Shown here piece by piece: positions 29,611-39,949 of a stretch of 64,000 nt of DNA. Origin of the DNA: an uncultured Candidatus Rokubacteria bacterium (GTDB lineage: Bacteria; Methylomirabilota; Methylomirabilia; Rokubacteriales; CSP1-6); NCBI GenBank assembly GCA_963754315.1, contig CAVWFS010000020.1, positions 1 to 64,000 of the forward strand, in the 5' to 3' direction. The stretch's first letter is position 1. Each line of letters begins with the position of its first letter. The position numbers and the translations under genes are program-made. The notes below the pieces were generated by a model. That model saw only the letters and a list, made by a program, of their open reading frames with translations, ran no database searches and had not been told where the DNA came from.

Positions 29611-31965
29611 CTAGCGGCGGCCGTTCAGCAGGGCGAAGAGGCGCGCGGGGGTGAGCGGGTAGAAGGTCACGGCGTCCCGCGGCACGCCCGCGCCGGCCAG
29701 GGCGTCGGCGACGGCGCTGGCGATGGTCGGCGGCGCGGCGATGGTGCCACCCTCCGCCATGCCCTTCATGCCGCCGGGGGTGTGGGGCGAGGGTGTCTCT
29801 AGATGTTCGACCACCAGCGGCGGCATCACCGCGGCCGTCGGCAGCGCGTACTCCATGAACGTGCGGCAGAGAGGCTGACCGGTCTCGTCGTACGCCAGGT
29901 GCTCGAGTAACGCACCGCCGAGCCCCTGCGCCACCCCGCCCGCTAGCTGGCCATCGACGAGCATCGGGTTGAGCAGGATGCCGCAGTCGTGGGCCACCCA
30001 GTAGCCCAGCACGGCGACGGCGCCCGTCTCGCGCGACACCTCCACGGCGGCGACGTGCACGCCGTACGGGTGCGTCCAGTTTTCCGGCTGGTACGTGACG
30101 CGGGCGTCGAGCGCGGCGGCCATGCCCGGAGGCAGATTCTGGCCGCGCTGGGCCTCGCGCGCCAGCTGGGTCAAGGTCAGCGAGCGCTCGGGCATCCCGC
30201 GTACCCGGCACTCGCCGTTCACGAGCTCCACGTCCTCCACGCTGGCCTCGAGCAGGTGCGCCGCCAGCCGCGTGATGCGCGTGCGCAGGAGGCGCGACGC
30301 CTGGAGCACCGCCGCCCCACCGACGACCGAACCGCGGCTGTCCGCCGTGCCGTAGCAGGAGTAGGGGCACAACTCCGTGTCGCCTAGCACGACGCGGACG
30401 CCGTCGTGCGGAAGCGTGAGGATCTCGGCCGCCACCTGCGCCAGCGACGAGCGGATCCCCTGCCCGATCTCGATGATGCCGGTGAAGACCGTCGCGCGGC
30501 CGGACGGGTCGAGGCGGACGACCGCCGTCTCGTACCCGCCTTGGCGGTTGCCCATCGCCGCCATGAGGCGCGAGGGCCCCATGCCCGTGACCTCCACATA
30601 GCCGGCCAGTCCGACCCCGATGAGCCGGCCGCACGCCCGCTCGCGCGCCTGCATCGCGCGCAGCCCCGCGTAGTCGGCGACCTCGAGCGCGCGGTCGAGC
30701 GTGCGCTGGTAGTCGCCGCTGTCGTAGACCATCCCCGCCGCGTTGCGGAATGGGAACGCGGCCGGCGGCGGATAGTTCCGGCGGCGGATCTCGGCGGGAT
30801 CGATCCTGAGCCGCTCGGCCGCGATGTCCATGAGCCGCTCGATCACGAACGCCGCCTGCTGCATGCCGAAGGCGCGGTAGGCGCCGAAGGGCACCTTGTT
30901 CGTCACGACGCCCTCCAGGCGGGCGCGGAAGTGGCGCACGGCGTACTGACCGGGCAGCACCACGCCGCCGAGGAATATGGGCCCGCCACCCTTTGTGTGC
31001 AGGTGCGCGCCGACGTCGCCGCGGACGTGGACGTCGAGCGCGAGCAGCGTGCCGCCAGTGTCGAAGGCCGCGCGGGCGCGCACTGTCTGCTCCCGCGCGT
31101 GGACGGTCGCCACGAAGTGCTCGCGGCGGTCCTCGATCCAGCGGACGGGGCGGCCGAGCCGCATGGCGGCCACGCACGCCAGCACGTCCTCGGGATAGTA
31201 GTGGAGCTTCACGCCGAAGCCGCCGCCGACATCCGGCACGATCACGCGGATGCGCTCCTCGTCGAGACCGAGGACGCCCGCCAGGACTGTACGAAACTGG
31301 TGGGGCGCCTGGCTGGACGCCCATACGGTGAGCGCGCCGGCCTCGGCGTCCCACGCGGCGCAGATCCCGCGCCCTTCGAGCGGGGCCGCCGTCTGCCGCG
31401 GCGTGGAGAAGGTGGCCTCGACGACCGTGTGCGCGGTCTCGAACACGCCGTCCGGGATGCCGGAGCCGATCTCGCGCCCGACGGCCACGTTGTCGGGCCA
31501 GGCCTCGTAGAGGCGCTGCGCGCCGGGGGCCGTCGCCTGGATGACGTCGGTGAGGGCCGGTAGGGGATCCCATTCCACGCGGACGGCGTCGAGCGCGTCC
31601 TCGGCGACGTAGCGGCTCTCGGCGACGACCGCCGCGACAGGCTGCCCAGCGTAGAGCGCGCGGCCGGCGGGCAGGACGGGGAAGTCGCTCTGGCGCTGGC
31701 CGGGCGGGTGCGCCAGCACCGGCAGCGCGCCGATCCCGTCCAGGTCCGCGGCAGTGAGTACGGTCACCACGCCGGGGACGCGGGCGGCAGCCCTTGTGTC
31801 GATGCCGAGGATGCGCGCGTGGGCGTGCGGACTACGCACGACGGCCAGGTGCAGGAGCCCAGGCGGCGCAACGTCAGCGATGTACTGCCCCTTGCCCCGG
31901 AGGAGGCGCGGGTCCTCTTGCCGCCGGAGCGATCGGCCGATGAGTCCCTCGGACCTCCTGATCAA
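29611..31965 (-). CDS. Second XDH-family molybdopterin-binding subunit
   Basis: RQEDPRLLRG, DVGGGFGVK, AYRAFG, YDSGDY, KGMAEGG. Confidence 0.92.
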   Translation of the reverse strand: MIRRSEGLIGRSLRRQEDPRLLRGKGQYIADVAPPGLLHLAVVRSPHAHARILGIDTRAAARVPGVVTVLTAADLDGIGALPVLAHPPGQRQSDFPVLPAGRALYAGQPVAAVVAESRYVAEDALDAVRVEWDPLPALTDVIQATAPGAQRLYEAWPDNVAVGREIGSGIPDGVFETAHTVVEATFSTPRQTAAPLEGRGICAAWDAEAGALTVWASSQAPHQFRTVLAGVLGLDEERIRVIVPDVGGGFGVKLHYYPEDVLACVAAMRLGRPVRWIEDRREHFVATVHAREQTVRARAAFDTGGTLLALDVHVRGDVGAHLHTKGGGPIFLGGVVLPGQYAVRHFRARLEGVVTNKVPFGAYRAFGMQQAAFVIERLMDIAAERLRIDPAEIRRRNYPPPAAFPFRNAAGMVYDSGDYQRTLDRALEVADYAGLRAMQARERACGRLIGVGLAGYVEVTGMGPSRLMAAMGNRQGGYETAVVRLDPSGRATVFTGIIEIGQGIRSSLAQVAAEILTLPHDGVRVVLGDTELCPYSCYGTADSRGSVVGGAAVLQASRLLRTRITRLAAHLLEASVEDVELVNGECRVRGMPERSLTLTQLAREAQRGQNLPPGMAAALDARVTYQPENWTHPYGVHVAAVEVSRETGAVAVLGYWVAHDCGILLNPMLVDGQLAGGVAQGLGGALLEHLAYDETGQPLCRTFMEYALPTAAVMPPLVVEHLETPSPHTPGGMKGMAEGGTIAAPPTIASAVADALAGAGVPRDAVTFYPLTPARLFALLNGRR

Positions 31966-32002
31966 CCCTCGGCCCGCCGGAGCCGATCAGTCGCTGGCCG
32001 TC

Positions 32003-32329
32003 TCAGGGATGCGGTCCCCACGGGGCCGCGGTCAGCAGCTTGACCTCCTGGGACGCGAGCAACGGACGGAATTTCACGGCAAAGCCCTCGACGAAATCCT
32101 TGTTGGCGAATACCGACGCCCAGTGCGCGCGACGATCGGCATCGTCGTTGAACTTCCACAGATGGACGAGCTGATTGATCATCCCCGTGTCGGCCTGGAA
32201 GTAGCCGATCAGCTTCTTGTCCTGGCCGCCCTTCTGGAGGGCCGGGTACCCGAACTCGGTATACAGCCTAACGGCTTCAGCCATCTTGCCGACATGAAGC
32301 GTGTACGTCCGCATCTCGTAGACCGTCAT
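32003..32329 (-). CDS. NIPSNAP family protein
   Basis: YEMRTYTL..GKM, GMINQLVHLW. Confidence 0.9.
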   Translation of the reverse strand: MTVYEMRTYTLHVGKMAEAVRLYTEFGYPALQKGGQDKKLIGYFQADTGMINQLVHLWKFNDDADRRAHWASVFANKDFVEGFAVKFRPLLASQEVKLLTAAPWGPHP

Positions 32330-32478
32330 GGCGATCCTCCACTGACACGTATCGAGAGCGTAGGATAGTTCACTAAGGGAGACACAGGCGAGCTGGGCAT
32401 GACCTACGGGTTGGATAAGCTCGCGAAGGGCGAACCGTTCGTCACCTCATGCATCAAGTCGACGTCGCGCATGCGGCC

Positions 32479-32766
32479 TTACACGCCTTCGACCAGGACC
32501 ACGCTGCCCCTCGCCGTCCGCAACCGGAGCGCCTTCAGCGGACGATATTCCTCCGAGTCGTACCAACGCCGGGCCTGCTCGATGCTTGGGAACTCGGTCA
32601 CGACGATGCGCTTGGGCTTCCAGTCACCCTCCAGCGTTTGCATCTGTCCGCCTCGCACGAGGAACTTGCCGCCGTACTTCTCGACGGTGCCCGGTACCTG
32701 CTTCCGGTACTCCTCGAACCCTGCTGGGTCGGTCACCTCGTTGTCGACGATGAAGTACGCTGGCAT
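32479..32766 (-). CDS. DUF1330 family protein
   Basis: YGGKFLVRGG, EFPSIEQARRWYDSEEY. Confidence 0.92.
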   Translation of the reverse strand: MPAYFIVDNEVTDPAGFEEYRKQVPGTVEKYGGKFLVRGGQMQTLEGDWKPKRIVVTEFPSIEQARRWYDSEEYRPLKALRLRTARGSVVLVEGV

Positions 32767-32994
32767 GCGCGGGCCTCCTGGGATCGTGTGGCCGATGTTA
32801 GGCGAGGTTGATCTTCGCGTGGGCCGTTAGGTCGGTCGCGCACGCGCCCTCCGGACCGCTCCACGAGGTTCTCCTGATCCACCCGCATGCGACGGGCCTC
32901 TCGTTCGGTCGTAGCGCTCCTCACGTTCCGCATCGTAAACTATCTTCCCGACCACTTTCTCGCGCGAAGACGTTGTGTGGAGGATTGTATAAGG

Positions 32995-33755
32995 ATGAGA
33001 CACCTCGCCGCGACTGTCGTGTCGCTTCTCTGCTCGCTTCGGCGTGCGCCCATGCGAGCCCGGGAGGACGCGTCTCTGGCTCCGACGCCTCCTCCGTCGC
33101 TTCGAGTACGCAAACGATCCGGGCGAGATCGGAGCCTGTTCCGCCAATACCACCGCTCAAGGATATCCGCATGGTCGCGCCGGCGCTCGAGAAGTACTCG
33201 CAAGACCGTCTTCTGGGCGAGGTATGGAAGCGGCCTGGTCTCACGCCCCGTGACCGCAGCATCGTGACGCTCGCGGCGCCTATTGCGCGCAGCCAGACGA
33301 TCGAGATGCCGTACTACCTGAACATCGCGCTCGACAACGGGCTCAAGCCGCGCGAGATCTCCGAGATCATCACCCATCTCGCCTTCTACTCCGGCTGGCC
33401 GAATGCCATGTCGGCGGTCGCGGCCGCGAAGGATCTCTTTGCCCAGCGCCAGATCGGCAGCGATGAGCTCCCACCGGCTTCGCCACAGCTGCTTCCCCTC
33501 GACGTGGCCGCCGAGGCGCAACGCGCCTCGCGTGTCGGAGAGCAGTTCGGCTCGGTGGCACCAGGAGTCGTGCAGTACACGACCGATGTGCAGGACATCC
33601 GGCCAGGCGACGTTGTATGGATCCCGCCGGGTCAGAAGCACTGGCATGGAGCGACGGCAACAATCGGCATGACGCATATCGCCATTCAGGAATATCTCAA
33701 CGGGGCGACCGTCGAGTGGATGGAAAAGGTCAGCGACGAGCAATACCGCAGGTAA
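32995..33755 (+). pseudogene. Carboxymuconolactone decarboxylase-family N-part fused in frame to a cupin C-terminus; 5' frameshift
   Basis: [16 protein letters not shown]...[13 protein letters not shown]...VVQYTTDV then [21 protein letters not shown]...MTHIAIQE...[12 protein letters not shown]. Confidence 0.7.
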
Positions 33756-34001
33756 TGATGCCTGCGGTAGCGACCCGCCACGGCCGAGTGAAGTCGGCCA
33801 GGCTCAGGGAGTACGGGGTGTCGTGGCTGAAGTCCTACCACGTGCTCTTCACCGGCGAAGGTCCGGCGAACGTGCAGAAGATCCTCATCGCCGGCGGAAA
33901 GCCTTAAAGCCCTAGGGCGATAGCCTCACGCCCATTTCACCACGGATCAATGACGCCTGAGCACTGAGCAGGTGGTACGTACCAAAAAGGAGGTCAGCGA
34001 G

Positions 34002-34781
34002 ATGTTACTCAAAGACAAAATCGCCATCGTCACTGGTGCCGGGGTTGGCATTGGGAAAGCCATCGCCCTGCGTTACGCCAAGGAGGGGGCACATGTGGTC
34101 GTGGCTGAGATCAATGCGACCACGGGACAGCAGACCGCGGCGGAAGTCGGCGCGCACGACCGACGTGGACTCTTTGTGAAGACAGATCTGAGCAACCTCA
34201 GCCATATCAACGCCATGGTCGCGAAAACTGTCGAGACGTTCGGCCGGATCGACATTCTGATGAACAATGCCGGCGTCAATAAGAAACTCGACTTCTTTGA
34301 AGTGATCGAGCGCGACTGGGATTGGATTCACTCGATTAATGCGAAGGGTCTCTTCTTCTGCATGCAGGCGGTGGCGCGGGAAATGGTCAAGAACAACTCT
34401 GGCAAGATCATCAACGCCGCCTCGATTGGCGGCAAAGGCTTTCGCGGCACCTCGAACATCGCGTATGCGGGCTCCAAGGGAGCAGTCATCGCCATGACTC
34501 GCATCGGCGCCTCTCAACTTGCCCCTTATAACGTCAATGTCAACGCTATCTGTCCTGGCGCTCCACGCTCGGAGATGTATGACACGATCGTGCGCCAGAT
34601 CGTCGAGCGCGACAAGATCACTGAAGCGGAGGCTATTTCTCGTCTGGATGCGTCAATTCCGTTGCGTCGCTCGAATACTGGGGCCGACGTCGCCAACATG
34701 GCGGCTTTTCTGGCCTCGGAAGAAGCACGGAATATCACCGGCCAATCGTTGAACGTCGATGGCGGATTGATGTGGGACTAA
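34002..34781 (+). CDS. Short-chain dehydrogenase/reductase
   Basis: TGAGVGIG, NNAG, YAGSK, NVNAICPG, ITGQSLNVDGG. Confidence 0.95.
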   Translation: MLLKDKIAIVTGAGVGIGKAIALRYAKEGAHVVVAEINATTGQQTAAEVGAHDRRGLFVKTDLSNLSHINAMVAKTVETFGRIDILMNNAGVNKKLDFFEVIERDWDWIHSINAKGLFFCMQAVAREMVKNNSGKIINAASIGGKGFRGTSNIAYAGSKGAVIAMTRIGASQLAPYNVNVNAICPGAPRSEMYDTIVRQIVERDKITEAEAISRLDASIPLRRSNTGADVANMAAFLASEEARNITGQSLNVDGGLMWD

Positions 34782-34878
34782 GGCCTGAAGCCGCATTGAA
34801 TCGTGAAAGCGACCACCCCTTAGGTTCGAGCGGGATAGTCGTGAAGCGGGCCGGGAGGGGTTAGTGGCGAGGACGCCG

Positions 34879-35319
34879 TCAGGTGGTACGAAGCCGGCCG
34901 TCCCTCTCGCCGGCCGTTCTGGACGCATCCGGGCCGCCGTCCCCGTCGCCGCATCCATCTGCCTCACCGACGGCGGTGCTGATGGCATCGAGCAAGACTC
35001 GCTCGTCGAACGGTTTGCGTAGATAGGCGGTGACTCCCGATCGTGTAATGCGCTCGCGGACTGACGCATCGTCATAGGCCGTGATGAAAATGACAGGGAT
35101 GGCAGCCTGGTCCGCCACCAGCTGCTCCTGCAGATCAAATCCGCTCATATCCCCCAGGTGGATATCGAGGACTAGGCACGCGGTCCGGCCCCTCGGCGAT
35201 GAGCTGAGAAACTCGCGAGCCGACGTGAACGTCTCAACGCTATATCCGGCTGACTGGATCAGGCGACGGAGCGCCCGGCAGACGGAGAGGTCGTCGTCCA
35301 CGACGGAAATCAGCGGCAT
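34879..35319 (-). CDS. Single-domain response regulator
   Basis: VVDDD, CLVLDIHL, IFITA, KPFD. Confidence 0.9.
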   Translation of the reverse strand: MPLISVVDDDLSVCRALRRLIQSAGYSVETFTSAREFLSSSPRGRTACLVLDIHLGDMSGFDLQEQLVADQAAIPVIFITAYDDASVRERITRSGVTAYLRKPFDERVLLDAISTAVGEADGCGDGDGGPDASRTAGERDGRLRTT

Positions 35320-35521
35320 GGGGGGGCACTCGCGCCATCACACTTAGGGACGATATCGGGATCGCCACGTCCGCGATAGTGGACCTTGGTCTAAGTGGCA
35401 TCCCAACGGACCGGCTGGTGCCGAGCGACACCACTTGTTGTACTAAGTGCATAGGTCGTTCGTCTAACTGTGCCCGGGGCGAATGCGGGGGTAGGATTGC
35501 CCAATTTCGAGGAGGTGTCTC

Positions 35522-35881
35522 ATGCAGATTCAAACATCGTGGGTCAAACCAGCGGCTTGGGGCGTCGTCTGCGGGGCCGTCGCAACGATGATCGTTGGCT
35601 TTTCATGGGGGGGATGGACCACCGGCAGCACCACTGAGCGGATCGCTAGAGAACGCTCGAGCTCGACCCTGGTCGTCGCGCTCACCCCTTCCTGCGTCGC
35701 GAGCTTTCTGAAGCAGCCAGGCGGAACCGCGAAGCTCGCGGAGTTCAAGAAGATCGACTCCTCTTGGGACCAGCGGCAGTTGATCGAAAAAAGTGGCTGG
35801 GCCACTCCCGACGGGGAAAAGGAGCCCAACGCCGCACTCGCGACTTCCTGCGCCGAAGCGCTTGCGAAGGTCAAAGTTTGA
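35522..35881 (+). CDS. Membrane-anchored hypothetical protein
   Basis: GAGGAGG SD; N-terminal TM, GFSWGGWTTG, two Cys. Confidence 0.8.
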   Translation: MQIQTSWVKPAAWGVVCGAVATMIVGFSWGGWTTGSTTERIARERSSSTLVVALTPSCVASFLKQPGGTAKLAEFKKIDSSWDQRQLIEKSGWATPDGEKEPNAALATSCAEALAKVKV

Positions 35882-35901
35882 CGCGGCAGTTGCCTTCGTG
35901 C

Positions 35902-35935
35902 GAATCGCTCACTACCTCACGGTGGTGAGCGATTC
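35902..35935 (+). terminator. Probable intrinsic terminator hairpin
   Basis: gaatcgctcac-tacc-tcac-ggtg-gtgagcgattc just after the stop; weak U tail. Confidence 0.6.
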
Positions 35936-36112
35936 TTGATGCGTTAACCAACGAGGATCACCCCGCCTCGCGCAGGCGAACGCGGCATAGCTACTCACGG
36001 TCGTCACGAATATCCGTCATTCAGTTCAGAATCGATCGAACTTGGGGCGCGGCAGCGCCCTGAACACTCGCCAAGTATCAGCAGGTGGAGTTTCTCTTCG
36101 GGCAACCGGCCC

Positions 36113-38069
36113 ATGGCGTATTCTGAACGAGTGGCAGACCTGCCGAAGGGACTATCCCGTAAAGCCTATCCATCTTTGACGAGGTGGACACGCTCCCAGT
36201 GGCGGGGCATCGGAGGAGGCATGTTGGCCATCGCCGGGGCCCTTCTCATCACGGGCTTCCTGCGGCAGCGGACGGGCCGGAAGCGCGCGGAGCTGTCGCT
36301 GGCCGAACGGGTACGTTTCGAGAGCTTGCTGTCTGAAATCTCCGCCCGCTTGATTCACGTTCCTCTGAGCGAGTGGGACGCCGAGATCGAGAGGGCCCTT
36401 CAGCGGGTCGCGGAGTTCCTCCGTATAGATCGGGCTAATCTCAACGACTTCATTGCCGGCGAGCCGCCGCTTTGCATCTCCTGGGCGGCGGCAGAGATCG
36501 AGGGACCGGCTGCACATCAGCGAGCGCGATCAGCTTCCCTGGACGGCCAGCCAGCTCGAGCGGGGACAGGTCGTCCGTTTCTCCCGGCTCGACGACCTCC
36601 CCGTGGAGGCGGCGGTCGATCGGCGGGGCTATCAGAGCATGGGCACGCGGTCATACCTGTCGCTCCCCCTGAGCGCCGGCGGGTCCATGCTGGGCGTACT
36701 GTCCTTCGACTCCGTTCGGCATGAACGAATCTGGCCCGAGGAGTTGGTACAGCGGCTCCAGCTCCTGAGCGAGATCTTCGCCCGCGCTCTGGAGCGGAAG
36801 CACGCCGAGCTGTCGCTCGCCGAGCGGCTTTGCTTCGAGACACTCCTCGCAGAGCAGTCGCTCGCGTTCAGCAGCTTGTCATCGGCCGACGTCGATCGCG
36901 AGATCGAGCGGGGGCTTCGCCAGATCGTCGACTTCCTCAAGGTTGATCGGGGCAGTCTCGCCGAGTTTTCCGCAGACAGCCGCACGGTCCACATCACACA
37001 CTCATGGGCGGTCGAGGGGGTGGAGCCGCTACCCTCCGCGATTCGACTCGGCCAGTTCCCGTGGGTCACGGCCCGGGTGCAGCGTGGGGAGGTGGTTCGC
37101 TTCTCGCAGAGCGAGGAGCTGCCGGAGCAGGAAGCGGCCGTGGACCGGCGAACGTATCTCACCTTGGGCATCACGTCGCACGTCGAAGTCCCCCTGATGG
37201 TCGAGGGGGCGGTGGTGGGGGCTCTAGCCTTTAGCACCTTGGGCGCCCAGCGCCCCTGGCGGGACGAGTTGGTGCAGCGGCTCCGCCTGCTGGGGGAGGT
37301 GTTCGCCAATATCCTGTCGCGCCGACGGTCGGAGCTGGAGGCGCAACGCCTCCGCCGGGATCTCGCCCACGTCAGTCGGGTGTCGACGCTAGGGGAGCTC
37401 ACCGCATCACTGGCGCATGAGCTCAACCAACCCCTGACGGCGATCCTCAGCAATGCCCAGGCCGCCCAGCGTATCCTCGAAGCCGACGCGGCGAACTTCG
37501 AGGAGGTGTCGGCAATCTTGAAGGACATCGTCGAGGACGACAAGCGAGCGGCCGCGGTGATCCACCGACTACGGGGTCTCCTCAAGAAGGGCGATCTCGA
37601 GCTCTCGATTCTCGACCTCAATGAATTGGTGAGCGAGGTGGCCCGCCTCGTGAGCAGCGATATGATTGTGCGCGACGTGTTGCTTCGCCTCGAGCTGACC
37701 CCAGGGCTTCCTCCAGTGTGGGGCGACCGGGTGCAACTCCAGCAGGTGATCCTGAACTTGATCCTCAACGGGTTGGACGCCCTGCAGGAATCGCGCATTG
37801 GTGATCGGGCCCTCGTCCTCCGGACGGACACGGATGGACCGGCGGCCCTCCGGGTAGCCGTCCGAGACTCGGGAGTCGGCATCGACGAGACTCACCTGGA
37901 GCAGATCTTTAACGCGTTCTACACGACTAAGGCGAACGGGCTGGGTATGGGTTTGGCCATTGCTCGCTCCATTGTCGAAGCGCACGGGGGGCGCCTGGGA
38001 GCCCGGAACAATGTGGATGGAGGAGCAACCTTCTCCTTCACGTTGCCCCTCAGCGACGAGGAACGATGA
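36113..38069 (+). CDS. GAF-GAF sensor histidine kinase (FixL-like kinase core); frameshift near 36505
   Basis: TM, two GAF-like repeats, GELTASLAHELNQPL H-box, QQVILNLILNG, DSGVG, GLGMGL. Confidence 0.85.
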
Positions 38070-38695
38070 CAGCCACGGTGGCACCGCTGGTGCTCATTGT
38101 GGACGATGACCCGGCCGTGCGGAAGAGTCTGGCCCGGCTGGCCAGGACCGCCGGGTACGAGGTCGAGGCATTCGCCTCGGCTCCCGAGTTCCTGGCCCGT
38201 CCTCAGCAGGACCGCCCTTGCTGCCTCGTGCTTGACGTGCGGATGCCGGGCCTGACCGGGCTGGAACTGCAGGCGGCGCTAGCGAACGCAGGCCGCCGCG
38301 TGTCCATTGTCTTCATCACAGGCTACGGCGACGTCCGCGCGAGCGTCAAAGCCATGCAGGGCGGGGCAACCGATTTCCTCACCAAGCCGGTTAATGACCA
38401 GGAGTTCCTGGGCGCTATCGAGCGGGCGGTGACCATGGCCCGCCAGGCCCAACGGGAGCAGGCGGTCGCCGCCGAAATCCAGGCCCGCATCACGGCATTG
38501 ACGCCGCGGGAGGTGGAAGTATTCGCGCTGGTCGTCTCCGGGATGCTGAACAAGCAGATTGCCGCCGAGCTCGGAATCGGCGAAGGCACGGTCAAAGTCC
38601 ATCGGGGCCGGGTCATGGAGAAAATGCGTGCGGCCTCGATAGCGGAGCTCGTCCGGCTCGCCGGCCAGGCCGGCGTGACCACGGCGAGATTCTGA
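38066..38695 (+). CDS. FixJ-family response regulator (REC-LuxR)
   Basis: LDVRMPG, KAMQGGATDFLTKP, LTPRE..V...GMLNKQIA..LGI...TVKVHR. Confidence 0.93.
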   Translation: MTATVAPLVLIVDDDPAVRKSLARLARTAGYEVEAFASAPEFLARPQQDRPCCLVLDVRMPGLTGLELQAALANAGRRVSIVFITGYGDVRASVKAMQGGATDFLTKPVNDQEFLGAIERAVTMARQAQREQAVAAEIQARITALTPREVEVFALVVSGMLNKQIAAELGIGEGTVKVHRGRVMEKMRAASIAELVRLAGQAGVTTARF

Positions 38696-38770
38696 TCGCT
38701 CCCCCGCAGGGAAGCGTCGCCACGTGTGGCGAGCGGCAGAGCTGTGCCTCGCCCGTACAGACGCGCCCCT

Positions 38771-39247
38771 CTACGGCTCGAACTCGAATCGGTTGTCGCC
38801 GCTCAGCGTGTACTGCAGGACAAGTAACCGTCCTGTCTCTTCGTCGAGCGGCTCGATGCGGATCGTGCCGGCCAGCCAGCCGGGGACCGGTGTGAGCTTG
38901 AAGAAGTGGTTGCGGCCAGCCTCGGCGGTGAACCGCAGCCTCGTCGGGACCGGGCCAGGCAGGTTGGCGCCAATGATGTGCTCGCCCGCGGGGATCGCGC
39001 CGTAGAGGTATGAGCGCTGCCCCACGAAGCCAAACTCACGGAAATCCAGGGTGACGGGCCACACGATTCCCCCCTCGAGCATGCTCCACATCCGCACCGC
39101 GTATACGTTAGCCTTCCCGGGTGGCGGCGCAAAGCTCCGGGCCTGCTCCGACAGCGCCGTGGATCCCGCCGGCACCGACGCGCAGCCCATCACGAACAGC
39201 GCGAGCAGGAGGACGGCCGCCATGCTCGACTGGAGCCGTTCTGTCAT
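38771..39247 (-). CDS. DUF2846-like lipoprotein
   Basis: Lipobox-like VMGC; PPPGKANVYAVR, FTAEAGRNHF. Confidence 0.75.
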   Translation of the reverse strand: MTERLQSSMAAVLLLALFVMGCASVPAGSTALSEQARSFAPPPGKANVYAVRMWSMLEGGIVWPVTLDFREFGFVGQRSYLYGAIPAGEHIIGANLPGPVPTRLRFTAEAGRNHFFKLTPVPGWLAGTIRIEPLDEETGRLLVLQYTLSGDNRFEFEP

Positions 39248-39714
39248 CGGCTTCCCGAGGCCCGCCCACCGCGGGTCGCCTCCGGTGCGTCCTCGAACCG
39301 ATTGTCGCCGCTCGGAGTGTATCGCTGGATCAGATCGCGTCCCGTCTTGTCTGCCAGCCGCTCTACGTGCAAGGTGAGCAAGTCCGCCCCCACTGTGAAG
39401 AAGTAGTTGCGCCCGGCCTCGGCTCGAAACCTGGTCCGCCCCTGAACCTGTCCGTCGTGGAGCACGGCTACTACATGCTCCCCGGGGCGAACCCAGCCGT
39501 ACAAGTATGATTCACTTCCCACTGTTCCAAATCCGCGGAAATCCAGGTCAACAGTCCAGAGCGGCTGATCGGCAAGCCGCCGGGCGTGCCGGATCACGTA
39601 GACGCCCGCGTATCCCGGCGGCGGGCTGAGGCTCCTGGCCTGCTCTACGAGCCGATCCGACGCCACCGGCATCGACCCCGGAGCGCACGCGGTGATCAGC
39701 ATCGCCGCCAGCAT
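39244..39714 (-). CDS. DUF2846-like lipoprotein (tandem paralog); start approximate
   Basis: LITAC; PPPGYAGVYVIR, FRAEAGRNYF; shares SGDNRFE with its neighbour. Confidence 0.72.
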   Translation of the reverse strand: MLAAMLITACAPGSMPVASDRLVEQARSLSPPPGYAGVYVIRHARRLADQPLWTVDLDFRGFGTVGSESYLYGWVRPGEHVVAVLHDGQVQGRTRFRAEAGRNYFFTVGADLLTLHVERLADKTGRDLIQRYTPSGDNRFEDAPEATRGGRASGSR

Positions 39715-39949
39715 CGCGAGGCTCGCGCCAGGGATCCAACCTAGTCTCCTTCCGCGAGGGAAACAGTAACAGCTCGCGCGCCCTAAGTCCGAGGGAGCGA
39801 TGGGCGCAAAGGACTGCAGGGCCGAGGAAGGGGCTGACGTCACACGATGCATGGTAGGCCACTTCGCCGCCTCGAGGCTAGTGCGAGGCTACCTCTCCCT
39901 GGACAAAACTCCGCCCAACTGTTGTGGCGAAGGACAGGGCGCGAGACGG

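Noticed and set aside
33755..33907. Acyl-CoA dehydrogenase C-terminal remnant (GEGPANVQKILIA)
   Set aside because: Resemblance is too short to support without a search.
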